A DNA stretch of 64,000 bases from Alloascoidea hylecoeti (Eukaryota): NCBI GenBank assembly GCA_001600815.1, contig BCKZ01000001.1:354613-418612 (forward strand). Reading direction: 5' to 3'. The translations under genes and the position numbers were made by a program. Position 1 is the first letter of the stretch; each line of letters starts with the position of its first letter. The notes beneath the pieces are model-generated. The model was not told the DNA's origin. It saw only the letters and a list, made by a program, of their open reading frames with translations, and ran no database searches. Positions 1 through 12,675 of the stretch are shown in pieces.

Positions 1-1934
1 ATGTTCAAGTCTACCCAGAGAGGGGTACCGTTGCTTTCGGTTCAGGTCTTCACGGTTGGGCTTTCACCGTCCGTCAATTTGCCACCAGATACTCAAAGAA
101 ATTTGGTGTTGACAGAAGTAAAATGATGGAAAGACTTTGGGGTGATTCATACTTTAACCCAAAGACCAAGAAATGGACTACTAAGGAAAAAGATGCCAAG
201 GGAAAACCATTAGAACGTGCTTTTAACATGTTTGTTTTGGATCCTATCTTCCGTATCTTCTCTGCCGTTATGAACTTCAAAAAGGATGAAATTCCAGTTC
301 TTTTACAAAAATTAGATATCGTCTTAAAAGGTGATGAAAATGATTTAGAAGGAAAAGCTTTATTAAAAGTTGTTATGAGAAAATTCTTACCAGCTGCTGA
401 TGCTTTATTGGAAATGATTGTTTTACATTTACCATCTCCAGCTACTGCTCAATTTTATAGAGCTGATACATTATATGAAGGTCCTTCTGATGATTCTAGT
501 GCTATTGGTATTAGAAACTGTGATCCTAAAGCTGATCTTATGTTGTACGTCTCTAAGATGGTTCCAACATCTGATAAAGGTCGTTTCTACGCTTTCGGTC
601 GTGTTTTCTCTGGTACCGTTAGATCTGGTATGAAGGTTAGAATTCAAGGTCCTAATTATATTCCAGGAAGTAAGACTGATTTGTCTATCAAAGCTGTTCA
701 AAGAACTGTTCTTATGATGGGTAGATCTGTTGAATCCATCGATGACTGTCCAGCTGGTAACATTGTTGGTTTAGTTGGTATTGATCAATTCTTATTGAAA
801 TCTGGTACTTTAACTACAAATGAAACATCACATAACATGAAGGTTATGAAATTCTCTGTTTCTCCAGTTGTTCAAGTTGCTGTTGAAGTTAAGAATGCTA
901 ATGATTTACCAAAATTAGTTGAAGGTTTAAAAAGATTATCAAAATCTGATCCATGTGTTTTAACTTACATGGCTGAAACTGGTGAACATATTGTTGCTGG
1001 TACTGGTGAACTTCATTTGGAAATTTGTTTGAAAGATTTAGAAGAAGATCATGCTGGTATTCCATTAAAGATCTCTCCTCCAGTTGTCGCTTATAGAGAA
1101 ACAGTTGAAGCTGAATCAAGAATTACTGCCTTATCTAAATCTCCTAACAAGCATAACCGTATTTACGTTAAAGCTGCTCCACTTGATGAAGAAGTTTCTC
1201 TTGCTATTGAAAGTGGTAAGATCAGTCCTCGTGATGATTTCAAAGCCCGTGCCCGTATCCTTGCTGATGCCCATGGATGGGATGTTACTGACGCTAGAAA
1301 GATTTGGTGTTTCGGTCCAGAAGGTACCGGTCCTAACTTAGTCGTTGACCAAACAAAGGCTGTTCAATACTTAAGTGAAATTAAGGATTCCGTTGTTTCT
1401 GGTTTCCAATGGGCTACTAAAGAAGGTCCAATCTTTGGTGAAAACTTAAGATCTGTTAGAGTTAACATTATGGATGTTACTTTACACGCTGATGCTATCC
1501 ACAGAGGTGGTGGTCAAATCATTCCAACAATGAGACGTGCTACTTATGCTGCTTTCTTATTAGCTGAACCACGTATTCAAGAACCAGTTTTCTTGGTTGA
1601 AATTCAATGTCCAGAAAACGCTATTGGTGGTATCTACTCAGTTCTTAACAAGAAACGTGGTCAAGTCATTTCAGAAGAACAAAGACCAGGTACTCCATTA
1701 TTTACTGTCAAAGCTTACTTACCAGTTAATGAATCATTTGGTTTCACTGGTGAATTAAGACAAGCAACTGGTGGACAAGCTTTCCCACAGATGGTATTCG
1801 ACCATTGGGCTACAATGTCTGGTGATCCAACTGATCCAGCAAGTAAACCAGGTCAAGTTGTCGTTGAAGCAAGAAAGAGACATGGTATGAAGGATGGTAT
1901 TCCAGGATATGAAGAATATTATGATAAGCTCTAA
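1..1934 (+). CDS. EFT2: Translation elongation factor 2 (eEF2), 5'-truncated by window edge
   Basis: Frame is open from base 3 ([21 protein letters not shown]...) into ORF 123..1934. Contains the diphthamide-site peptide [15 protein letters not shown] and the typical C-terminus EYYDKL; strong high-expression codon bias. Confidence 0.98.
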   Translation, partial: VQVYPERGTVAFGSGLHGWAFTVRQFATRYSKKFGVDRSKMMERLWGDSYFNPKTKKWTTKEKDAKGKPLERAFNMFVLDPIFRIFSAVMNFKKDEIPVLLQKLDIVLKGDENDLEGKALLKVVMRKFLPAADALLEMIVLHLPSPATAQFYRADTLYEGPSDDSSAIGIRNCDPKADLMLYVSKMVPTSDKGRFYAFGRVFSGTVRSGMKVRIQGPNYIPGSKTDLSIKAVQRTVLMMGRSVESIDDCPAGNIVGLVGIDQFLLKSGTLTTNETSHNMKVMKFSVSPVVQVAVEVKNANDLPKLVEGLKRLSKSDPCVLTYMAETGEHIVAGTGELHLEICLKDLEEDHAGIPLKISPPVVAYRETVEAESRITALSKSPNKHNRIYVKAAPLDEEVSLAIESGKISPRDDFKARARILADAHGWDVTDARKIWCFGPEGTGPNLVVDQTKAVQYLSEIKDSVVSGFQWATKEGPIFGENLRSVRVNIMDVTLHADAIHRGGGQIIPTMRRATYAAFLLAEPRIQEPVFLVEIQCPENAIGGIYSVLNKKRGQVISEEQRPGTPLFTVKAYLPVNESFGFTGELRQATGGQAFPQMVFDHWATMSGDPTDPASKPGQVVVEARKRHGMKDGIPGYEEYYDKL

Positions 1935-2217
1935 GCAAAATAGATACTTATAATTAATTATACTTGTTTATTATTTTTTGTGTTTATATTTCGTTTGTGG
2001 TATTCATGTAATGTGATACGTGTTTTTGGATATTTATTTCTTTAAAAAAAAAAAGTATACTCTAAGGAAGAATACATTATAAAATTATATATTATATAAG
2101 TAAAAATATATCTTATTATATGTTATACCAATTATAGATGGTTCAGAAGTGCATCCAAATAGTATTTGGATTAATGGATATAGTTTTTATGGAAGGATAT
2201 GTATGCATAAACGTAGC

Positions 2218-2349
2218 ATTTCACTTAATTTCGGCCATGCAGATTGCTGATTATCGGCCCTTTATTGCCGGTACCTATTAACTCTGCCGAGTAGCAGTTG
2301 TTAATATAAACGATATTTAGTAACGTAAATGGCTGAAATTAAATGAAAT
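2218..2349. mobile_element. MITE-like element with ~21-bp terminal inverted repeats
   Basis: ATTTCACTTAATTTCGGCCAT (2218-2238) matches the reverse complement of ATGGCTGAAATTAAATGAAAT (2329-2349) at 19/21. TA dinucleotides lie just outside both ends. The core CACTTAATTTCGG recurs at 16849-16861. Confidence 0.55.
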
Positions 2350-3129
2350 AACTATATCTAATTTTCTTTTTTTTCAATTTGATTATTGTCATAAGTTAAC
2401 TGTTTGTTGAATTACGTTCTAAGTTGACAATATATATCCACGGAATTATTTACCTTCAATTGATATGAAGCTGAAGGAGGGAGGAAACAAATAATATGCT
2501 GAACTATGTAGCAAATCGCTTTTTCTTACAGATGACGATATTAAGCTTGAACATATTACAGAAATCAGTTACTTAGTACTTACCAATATAGGTTTGATCC
2601 GAGTCGCAAATTTTTAGAAATTGTCTCGCTTGACATCTAAATCCCTACGAATTTTGCGATGGTTTCCCTCAATAACAACCCCTATACTTGATCGCACATG
2701 GTTCATAGTTATTCTTGGAACTATAGCCTTATATTAAACCAAATTTAAAATTGACAAATGATTGCGATCACGATATAATAATACAACAATTTATAAAATA
2801 ATGATGGTTAAATGTAATATGCATAATTGGCTTAATGCATAAGGGGCATCGGTTCAAGTTGACCAATTGACTACTTCAAATTCGCATACTAATATAATAA
2901 AAAAAGCGATTAATTAATAAATAAGTCAATTATATAGTTAAACTGTTGCCATATACTTGCTCATGCCTCTTGTAATTGGATACCATTTACATACATAGTT
3001 AAAGTTGTTTGTTTCTTAGCTTCTCAAAATCGATTTAAGCCAATTAGAATCAAGAGGGTGCATATAGGGCATTTCCCTTATAACAGTATCACAACCTCTT
3101 TCTCTTTTTCTTCAAATTTTTCATTTTTT

Positions 3130-4603
3130 TCAAACCATAAACCACGTCTTTAAATCATCACTAGCAATATCGATTGTTAAGTCAAGTTTATGCTTCGAAA
3201 GAAGAGTTTCCATCTCTTTATTGATTATCTCAACATTTTCAAGTTTTGTTACAGCCTCAGATAAAAAGCCTTGGTAAATATTCCTCTCCTTTTGAAGGGG
3301 GAATCTAAGCGCCACTGCTAAAACACAATAAGCTGAAAGTATTAAGGTTGCTAATGGTCTCCATTCTCGTGAATATTTAACAAATTCCCTTGACATAACA
3401 CTTAAAAAGAAATGAAAAGATCCGATATTTTTAAGTTGAATGGCTCTAGCAATATAAAATAGTAGGGTTTTGATAACTTCCCTATATATTTCAGTTTCTT
3501 CTTCTTCCATTTTTGAATAAATTGAATATTCATCTATAGTACGAACCAATCTTGAACTAAAAGGAAATTGAATTAATTCCGTAGGTTCTGGAATCCTATA
3601 TTGTAAGAAAGGTTTTAAATCATCAAAACCTGGTTTATTATTAATAACTTGGGGTGAATATACTGAAATGGAATATACAGCTTTTGATCCTTGAGCTACG
3701 GATAAAAAGTCAACAGGTGAATTATCATTCGCAACTAAAGGTACTAAAAATGGATGATGGGTTGAAAAAACAAAAATTATGAGATTATTAAGAAAAAGAG
3801 ATATGATTTCAAAAGCAGTACTATTTTTGTTAACCTGTGCTAATGCATTTCTAAACAATCTTAAAGCTTTATTGTATAGAACTGTACATTTTGCCTCAAG
3901 ATCACCCCCATGTTCAAAACTGTTCCTCATACACCAATAATGAAGCTCTGAAACCGCTTTAATCGATGCATATAGTGATGTTGAGCATTGGCTATACATA
4001 GGAGCAAGTTGACTGAGGGTACCGTACATGGGATTATCCGACCCTAGCTTCATTATTCCACATGTGTTATTAACATAATGGTGAAGAAGAAACATATCAT
4101 TCTGACTGATCTTAAATATACTAGATATTGGAGTAGGACTAATAGTATAACGTGGTTCCTGATTGCGATGGGTGGGGATAATTTGTAGTTGATCCGTCTC
4201 TTCCGTCTCGTCGCGATCGATATCGATAATTTGACCCTTATAAAAATCTTCACTTCCCATCTCAGAGGCAGGCTTTGGGGCTATACTCATAAGCCTGCGT
4301 GCCTGAACCACTTGCTTCTTCTTTTTCATTCTTGTTGGGGGCAGATAGATACACTCTTTATTAGCATTCAAGCAATGTTTGCAAAGGGGTTTAGTTTCAT
4401 CGCACTAAGGTTAGAATAAAGTTAGAATATAACAATATAAGTTAGAAGTCCAGGAAAGTTTATTTTTTATATCTCTGGTGGATTTAACGTACCTTAATTC
4501 TCATTCGTTTACAGTTCGCGCATCCATTTCTTGACCTTCGATGAATAGTTTTTTCGTTCCCGATGTTATGACTCAACTTGGTAGCAGAAGTAAGGGCTGT
4601 CAT
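3130..4603 (-). CDS. Zn(II)2Cys6 transcription factor, Upc2/Ecm22-like; exons 4603-4493 and 4404-3130
   Basis: Splicing the GTACGT...CTAAC...TAG intron (4492-4405) gives HRRSRNGCANCKRMRIK|CDETKPLCKHCLNANKECIY, a complete six-Cys cluster in frame with ORF 3130..4371. The C-terminal fungal TF domain includes LLHHY. Confidence 0.88.
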
Positions 4604-6899
4604 GGTTATAATCTACGGAATAGTTGTTATTGTAGAGAGACGTAACTCTTATTGTATAGGTATTTTTTGAAGTAATTAAAGGTAAAGTCAAGTAGAGAGT
4701 TAAAATTCTCAGGTTTGCTTCTTTTTAATAACCTTCAGGGTTATTAATATAGTTGGTGGATCTATACCCTCCACACACCGGCATTACAGCAGATATAAAA
4801 TATTATGGTAGAGCATGAGTTATATAGCTAATATTGACTTTATAAGCAATTATATAATTATATATACTGTGAGTATCCATATACGTTGTATATTTGTTTG
4901 TTAAATGGTCACTATTGGAATTAATTAATGTAGATTTCTAATTAGAATTGGTCTCGACCTGTAGTTAAATGTTTGTCAATTCGACAATATTGCAATATAT
5001 CACTAAAAAGAAGATATCTATAGCTATTATGGCCTAAATACCGGCACGTTGAAGTATGTATCAGTCCTATACCTATGGGGCGTCAATCGAACATAGGTAA
5101 TTCTTCAGGAAACCATAGAATCGGTATTGTTCTAAAGTAACCTAATTAAACCGTCAAATTTTAACAAACTCTTCGTAAAATACAGTAATGAATCTAATGA
5201 TATTATGTGAAACATAACATGCAATTAATTAGCGATATAGTTACCGCTTCAATGTATAATTATATATCGCTGATTAATATTCAACCACCACTAATATCCT
5301 CGAAAATAACCCTACGAAAGGGTGGGAAAACTGCTCTAGATATAGTAAAAACGTAGTAATCGGTATCTATTATTGTATTGTTTGTTTTATCCGCGCGATA
5401 CTTATCTATCTCTTAGGATCTGGCGCTAATGGGCCCATGTGATATATCTATAATAATCTTCATATGAATAAATCATTAATTTAATAATGCTATAGCGCTA
5501 GCTAAGAATTATTATTTTTCTATCAATGGTCAGGGCGGAATTATTAATTTATAATTCACCTAGATCCATGTTACAGAGGGTTGAAGAATTATCTTTACGA
5601 TTACCAGGTGTTTGTGGCAGAGGAGAGGGACTATGCTATTGTTTCCTATAGCATTGGGGCCCATTGAGGGGGGAAAGGGGCGGATTATAACAAAGTGGAC
5701 GTTTAATGCTGGCCAGAGCCAGCTGGAAGATCAGCATTTTCTACAATCTGTTTGTTTTTGAACAATACAAGGCGACTTTTAATTTGGATAAATTGTCTTA
5801 TATTATTATGTAATAAATAACATCCCAAATCCCCCCAATCATGCCACCTAAATTTAGAAAATGAGAAAAAACAAACAATTAATTTACATTGAAAAAGAAG
5901 TCAGGTGCAGAATGATCAACGCGTATCCCTAAATCTAAATCAGATGTCTCTTGGGCGATGGCATTGAATGCCTTTTATTCTTGGTGTTGAATAAACTTTC
6001 ACCTTCTACGTATTGCAGTTGTAAATAATATAAATGTTGATGCTAGCTAAGATGGAAACATGATCAGTTGGAGTAGCAAGCAAATATTCAACCAAATATA
6101 TCTGTAAGGCTGCAGCTTAAATTGATCTATAAACGTTATGACTATAATCTGGAGGTTTAGAAATATTTAATTTGATATCGCAATAATAAAGTATTATTCG
6201 GTAAGGGTTTAGCGGATATATGATCCACGTGCATGAGAATTTCAATTGTTCTCAATTTAGTTGTAGAGGTTTCATGGTGCAGGACACTCAAAATGAACAA
6301 CTTTTTTCTGGTGAGAAATTTTGGTCCTCAGTAAATATGCATGCAACTGTACATTCTACGCCATGTGGAAATATTACAGCATATGTATGCATGTAGTCAT
6401 CTAGATGTGGTAGGTTATATTACTGTTATGCACATGATTCATGTGATTATATGCAAGCATGCCCTATTTGTTTGACCGTGAAATCTAGATCGGAGGCCTA
6501 GGAAATGGGGGAAAATGATTTGACAGCGCAAATTTCAGCTTTGTCATTTATCTACCGGTCCCCCCTCTTGTCGTCTTCAATATATGAATGAAGCTTAGTG
6601 ATTTTGGTGGTCTGATCATATTTTCCGCGAGGGGTATTGATCATGAGGATTGTCTAAAAGTTGCTCATTTTAGGCGCTATCTGAATAAGTAATCAGCTTT
6701 ACAGTCTATTGTTTGACTACTCTTAGGCTTTACTGTTCTAAATCTGTTATAATTCAAAATAACCAATGGGTTGTCTACGTATACTTATCTTATCGTGATC
6801 CCCGAGTGAGAATAGAGATTGGTGCTCAATTGCAAGATTAAAATGTGTATTTTGAAGTTCGGAGAATCATGATAAGATATCGATAAGTAAACAGGTCAA

Positions 6900-7380
6900 T
6901 GGTTATCGTAAATTACAAAAACACAGAAGAGTTGCCTAAGCATCAAATTATATGGCAGTTACACTACAGTATCATCTTCAAGAGTATTATAGACTATTTT
7001 ATGGACATAGAGGCAAACTACTATGGCACTCGCTGGTAAATCGTAGCATGGTGAAATTTTGTGTTTTAAAGTGCTCATTGCTCGGTATGTTAAACCGTAA
7101 AAGAAAGCTCTCATCACAACCCAAAATCGCAAATATTGATGGAAAATATCGAACAGTTAATAAGTAGTCTAGATTTTAGTGGTAATTATTAGTATTTGTT
7201 ACTGGTTGTTGGAATGTAACAATTTTCGGTGTCTGAGTATTAGGCGCCGGTTTATGGCACAAAATCAACATAAAAACTCCAATTATTTCTCCCAGTTAAG
7301 CATTAATACTCCTTGAAGGCTGGGTATTTATAAATAGAACTATAAATAATATAATAAACAGTAATTGCCTCACATAAAAA
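6900..7380 (+). pseudogene. Degenerate Ty3/gypsy integrase remnant
   Basis: The stop-riddled frame from 6902 reads IIWQLH...YYG...AHCSVC*TVK...ISSLDFSGNY*YLLLVVG..FS. A shifted frame then reads LLEGWVFINRTINNIINSN. This order fits the HHCC zinc finger followed by the DDE core (SMDF.G / LVVVD.FS / W...G.P..I.SDN). Confidence 0.45.
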
Positions 7381-8104
7381 TGTATTTAATATCTCAATTA
7401 GATTCTGAGCATAGTTTGTGGCGCCCAATTGTCCAATTAAAACTACCATATGCATCTTAGTAAGCTTTAGAACTTATATCAATTTTCTTTGCGATGATAG
7501 ACAGGATTTTCAAATATTAACGGCTGGGGTAAATATCCAGCATTCAGCAAATGCGGGTGCCGAACTATCGTGAACTAAAACTAGTTTACCACCGAAGCGG
7601 CTCGACCTCCTGAAGGAATGGTAGGGACACCAAATAATCCCATAATTCTATATTACCAGTATAATCTGATAGCTAAGAAGTCATCATCGTAACAACCACA
7701 ACCACAGCCACAGGCCAAACCGTACATAAACGTTATATATATATATATATTGTATGTCTCATTGTAAGATCTTATATGGCAGTTTTATATTGTGAAAATC
7801 TCACATTTATGCTTTGTCTTTAAACAAAAAATGATTTTTTTTCTTAAAATCATATCTATAGCGCCATTATTTAATTTAGGCTTACAATTAAGTTTTCAAT
7901 CCCCTGTCACACCTTACTTCTTTTAACGATAAGAATCATGTTGAAGTGCAGTCAGGTCAGTGTCAATACTGTCAACACGCTGAATTGAGAGTAAACCAGT
8001 TGTATTTTTAAACATATATAGATCTGTACTCGTATGCCTTATTAATATTTTGCCGGATCGGAGTTTGCTTAGAAATCATGATCGTTTTGGGGTTTTAAAT
8101 TCCA

Positions 8105-8113
8105 GTCACGTGA
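8105..8113. promoter_or_regulatory. Cbf1/bHLH E-box GTCACGTGA upstream of NAD kinase
   Basis: Exact RTCACGTG match about 400 bp upstream of the ATG. Two TTACCCT Reb1-like motifs sit in a short direct repeat at 8305 and 8329. Confidence 0.45.
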
Positions 8114-8513
8114 TCGTGCTGACACACACACCGAGAGAGATCAAAACCATATAAGAATTTGATGTAAGCAAGATCGTCTCATCGTAGACCTATTTTATAT
8201 AAGTTAATGCATAATTCGCCTTGATGTTGGACAGTTAGAAAGGAAATTTTATCTCTTAAAAAAGCTTTTTAATGTTTGAGCTTAATTTTTTTTTTTGGTT
8301 GGACTTACCCTTTTTCTTTGGTTGGGAATTACCCTTTTCTTTTTGAAAACTCTCTATAAATTACAAAAATCCCAATCACAAAATCATTTAACCAAAACAC
8401 GAATATTCATAAGGCATCAATAATAATCATATTATTAATAGATATAAATAATTGAAAAAAAGCGAACTCTATCTATTCCTTTTCTCTTTAGTTACAAACA
8501 AACACAAAAAGCA

Positions 8514-10340
8514 ATGGAATCATCAACTAGTACTTCATCAGATAGTTTCACAACCCCATGTTATATTCATAATAAATTCGAAGAATTAGTTACACCAGAT
8601 TGTGATTTAAAAGATTTAACATCAATAAATGAATTAAATCGAATTACACATTCAAGATATGTTCAAACAGCAACTGCTGTCCGGGAATTAGCTCGAAAAT
8701 TAGGAAATGCTGAATTAAAACTTATACCAAAATCAATATTAATTGTTACAAAAGCAAGAGATAATAGTTTAGTTTATTTAACAAGAGAAATGGCTGAATG
8801 GTTAATGGTAGTTAAAAATATAACTGTTTATGTTGATCATAAGCTTGAAAATTCAAAAAGATTTAATGCAAAAGGGTTTATAAATGAAAATCCACATTTA
8901 ACCCCATTGTTAAAATATTGGGATAGAAGTTTAACAACTTCAACTCCAAATTTATTTGATTTGGTTATTACTCTTGGTGGAGATGGTACTGTTCTTTATC
9001 TTTCATCAATTTTTCAACATATTGTACCTCCAGTTATATCATTTAATCTTGGAAGTCTTGGTTTCTTAACGAATTTCAAATTTGAACATTTTAGAGAAAC
9101 TTTAGAGAGTGTTTTAACAAATGGTTTCAAAGTAAATTTAAGAATGAGATTTACATGTACTGTTTTTAGATATAATGGAACATTGGTTACAAAGCAAGAA
9201 GTTCTTAATGAAATTGTTATTGATAGAGGACCAAGTCCATGGGTTTCAATGTTAGAATTATATGGAAATGATCACTTATTAACCGTTGTACAAGCGGATG
9301 GCTTGATATTATCCACACCAACTGGTTCTACTGCTTATTCATTATCAGCCGGAGGTTCTTTAGTTCACCCTGAAGTTCCTACAATCTCGGTGACGCCAAT
9401 TTGCCCCCACACTTTATCTTTCCGACCTATGCTTCTACCAGACTCAATGGCTTTAAGAGTTGTTGCTCCGGAAACTTCAAGATCAACAGCTTGGGCTTCA
9501 TTCGATGGTAGAAATAGGGTGGAATTACATCCCGGAGATTATGTTCAAGTTGTTGCGTCTCAATTTCCGCTTCCTACAATTATTTCTAGTCCCACTGAAT
9601 ATATCGATAGTATCAGTAGGACATTAAAATGGAATGTAAGAGAAAGACAAAGATCATTTGTTCATCTTCTTTCTAAAAAGAATAAACAAAATTATGATAA
9701 TGTTGAAGATTATCTTCTTAATGGAACTGATTCATTGGATGATTCCGATGATTCCGATACTCCAGATATTGATGGAAGAGATTCAAGTACATATTTACAA
9801 AGACCAACAAAACTTGAATTAGAAAGTGAATCATCAAATATTTCAAAAACAATTTCAAAATTAAGGATAGATAGTAATATGAGTCGTGGATATAAATCTC
9901 CAAGTTCTTATCAATCGAGTAGAAGTCATAGTTATGAAAATCTATCAATGGCAAGTCCTATTTCAAACTCAAAGAATAATTCACCTTCAATTACGAAATA
10001 TCCTCGACAAATATCTGCTGTTGCTGATTTATCAGAAGCACTTGGAGAGCTTAACGATCAAAATTCAAATTATTTAGATTTCATAGCACCAAGTAGGAGG
10101 GATAACAATACTATGAACAAAACTTCTTCAGATAAGATAACAAATAATAGAAATCCTAATGCTCTTAATGATAAAAGAGGTCCAAAACGACATGATGATC
10201 ATCGATCATTACTTCAATCTTTAAATACTTCTCATCGTGTACCTCCATCACATCGAAAACCAGTTGAATATGATATAGTGGAAAGTCGAGTTCCTACTAG
10301 GAAGAATTCAATGTTGAAATTAACTCCTTCCAAGGTTTAG
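8514..10340 (+). CDS. UTR1: ATP-NAD kinase (Utr1/Yef1-like)
   Basis: GGDGT motif, NE motif (VLNEIVIDRG), QADGL..STPTGSTAYSLSAGG and TPICPHTLSFRP, followed by a low-complexity Ser/Asn C-tail. Confidence 0.93.
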   Translation: MESSTSTSSDSFTTPCYIHNKFEELVTPDCDLKDLTSINELNRITHSRYVQTATAVRELARKLGNAELKLIPKSILIVTKARDNSLVYLTREMAEWLMVVKNITVYVDHKLENSKRFNAKGFINENPHLTPLLKYWDRSLTTSTPNLFDLVITLGGDGTVLYLSSIFQHIVPPVISFNLGSLGFLTNFKFEHFRETLESVLTNGFKVNLRMRFTCTVFRYNGTLVTKQEVLNEIVIDRGPSPWVSMLELYGNDHLLTVVQADGLILSTPTGSTAYSLSAGGSLVHPEVPTISVTPICPHTLSFRPMLLPDSMALRVVAPETSRSTAWASFDGRNRVELHPGDYVQVVASQFPLPTIISSPTEYIDSISRTLKWNVRERQRSFVHLLSKKNKQNYDNVEDYLLNGTDSLDDSDDSDTPDIDGRDSSTYLQRPTKLELESESSNISKTISKLRIDSNMSRGYKSPSSYQSSRSHSYENLSMASPISNSKNNSPSITKYPRQISAVADLSEALGELNDQNSNYLDFIAPSRRDNNTMNKTSSDKITNNRNPNALNDKRGPKRHDDHRSLLQSLNTSHRVPPSHRKPVEYDIVESRVPTRKNSMLKLTPSKV

Positions 10341-11025
10341 AATTTCAGGTTTTATTGAAAGGAATGTTAACAGATATATTAAAGAATGGGGGGGAAGGCT
10401 TCCCACGGAATATTTTTTTTAAAAAATATATATACCACATATTAATACTAATTATAACTTTTATATATCGTGTCTCATGATTTAAGTCTAGCTAGCGCTA
10501 TCTGGAGTTTATTAGCTCCATGATTATTTTGCTTTAATATATATTTACAATATGATTATTATCATAGGTAAAAAAAAATAGCACAGAGTAACATCACGAA
10601 TGATAAAGTATTAAAGCATCCGTTAGAGTTGCGCCAAAAAGTCACAGGACCTTGATTTCCAGATTTATTTCTACTTACCTTCAATGATAGGATTCACAAC
10701 TTCAAATTTTCCAATGATGATCAAATAATAATCCATCAACATTGCCAACTTTTTACCCATTTTTCAATTAACAACACTTTCTTCAAAACGAACGCAACAC
10801 ACAGTAATTGCTTCATTAGCAGTTCTATTAGTTACATATATTAATTTATACGCAAGATCTTTACATGATATCGTTGAGATAATAGATAACAGGGTATGAT
10901 AAAGGGATTACTAATGTTATAATAGTATTATACTCCTGAGCTTTTCCCAATGAATTTGTAAACCATCTTCAATGAAACTATTTACTCCTAATTAAGGGTT
11001 ATATAACTATGTATTTATATATTTA

Positions 11026-12675
11026 TTAAAAATCAAGCGTTAATTCATTATGAGAAGCTAATGCTAATTCTTTAGCTTCAAATCTCTTAATAATTCTTTC
11101 AAGAGCATCCATACCTTTTTCTAACTGACTCATCTCTGGACCATATGAAATTCTAACATAAGAATACATTTCTGAGTCAACTAATTCTCTTCTTGCTAAA
11201 GGATTTAAATCAAAAAATATTCCAGGAACAACAATTGTTTTTTCATGTAAACATTCATGGAAAAAACCTAAACAATTTGAAATTTTGCCTGGTAATCCCG
11301 ATAAATCTAACCAAATATAAAATGTAGAATTTGGTATCTTTTTAATAAGAAACCCCATTGTCGTTAAACGAGATATACAATAATCTCTCTTCTTTTTAAA
11401 ATGCTTTTGTAAAGCAGCCATTTCTTGTTTAACCAATCTTGGTTCTAAAAATTTAACCGCTGCTTGTTGGAATGGAACATTAGAGCCACCATCTAAAAAT
11501 GAACCAACCGAACTTAAACATTTAATATAATCTTTTGGTCCTACAATCCAACAGATTCTCCATCCTGGTAATCTAAATGCTTTTGTTAAACCATCAAGAA
11601 TTAAAACAGGATCCCTATTAACATCTTTAACATGAGAAGCAGATGATAAACTCTCTCCATTGCATTTATTATTATAATTATACCTTGAATAAAATTCATC
11701 CATAATTAATAAACAATCATTTCGACACATATTATGTAATTGTTCTAATTCATCAGCAGTTAAGCATTGACCAGTTGGATTCCTTGGATTTGATGTTAAT
11801 AAAGCAGTAACACCTCTAGCTAATTCTTTTCTAATGATATCAAGATCCATATGATAAAATTCACTTTCATATAGAGGAACAGGAATAGGTGCAAAGTTCT
11901 TAAAAAGTGATAACATTTCAGCATAAGCAGTATAATCCGGTAAAAAAAAAGATAAATAACAATTCTTTAAAATTGCAGCAATACGTGTTAAACCAGCTCT
12001 TCCACCAGGTACAATACAAACATTTTCATAAGTATATTGTGATTTTCTACCAACTCTATAATGAGCGTTGTATAATTTTGCAACTGCTTCTCTTAGTTCC
12101 TTAATACCAGCAGTCGACGCGTATTCACACCCTTCTTCATCGATTGGAATAGATTTAGGTCGCGGAAAACAACCGGGAATTGGTCCAACCTCGGGCATGC
12201 CTTGTCCAAAATTGACCCAAGAGGGATCACCATTTGTATAACCACGTTCATAGGCGCGTTCTGTCGTCCAAATAACACCTGTAGATGCTTGTTCTAAGTC
12301 AAGGGCTGGATGATTGATTTGATATGGATATGGACCCGGTTGTGGAATTGGAGAATCATTACCGGACGCGCTAGGGCTTCGTCCTTGTGGAGCTCTTAAA
12401 CCAGCAAGAGTTGACACATGAGTCTGATTATTAACCAAAGTATGAAAAGCGTTTGAAGGATAGGTTCCTGGATTTCCCGAAGGAGTGGATGTGCCGGAAT
12501 TGAGTCCAGTATGAAATATCTGTGAAAAAGATTTTTTCAGTGGTTCTGGTAAAGTTTGTTCAAAGTCTGAAAAGTCAGATCCATCATCCCAACCGGTGGC
12601 ACCATCCACGCTAACATTCGGTGGTAAGGCACTCGGTGATGGAGGGTTATCGTGGGATTTTGAGTCTTCGGACAT
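11026..12675 (-). CDS. PLP-dependent class I/II aminotransferase (fungal aspartate aminotransferase-like)
   Basis: Motifs NFGQGMPE, SNPRNPTG, DEFY and GLTKAFRLPGWRI (PLP lysine region). The first ATG is MSEDSK at 12675; the track start at 12687 is TTG. Confidence 0.9.
   Translation of the reverse strand: MSEDSKSHDNPPSPSALPPNVSVDGATGWDDGSDFSDFEQTLPEPLKKSFSQIFHTGLNSGTSTPSGNPGTYPSNAFHTLVNNQTHVSTLAGLRAPQGRSPSASGNDSPIPQPGPYPYQINHPALDLEQASTGVIWTTERAYERGYTNGDPSWVNFGQGMPEVGPIPGCFPRPKSIPIDEEGCEYASTAGIKELREAVAKLYNAHYRVGRKSQYTYENVCIVPGGRAGLTRIAAILKNCYLSFFLPDYTAYAEMLSLFKNFAPIPVPLYESEFYHMDLDIIRKELARGVTALLTSNPRNPTGQCLTADELEQLHNMCRNDCLLIMDEFYSRYNYNNKCNGESLSSASHVKDVNRDPVLILDGLTKAFRLPGWRICWIVGPKDYIKCLSSVGSFLDGGSNVPFQQAAVKFLEPRLVKQEMAALQKHFKKKRDYCISRLTTMGFLIKKIPNSTFYIWLDLSGLPGKISNCLGFFHECLHEKTIVVPGIFFDLNPLARRELVDSEMYSYVRISYGPEMSQLEKGMDALERIIKRFEAKELALASHNELTLDF

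Noticed and set aside
8105..8113. GTCACGTG (also at 29189) as point-centromere CDEI
   Set aside because: No convincing CDEII/CDEIII arrangement; both lie at ordinary promoter distance from ATGs.
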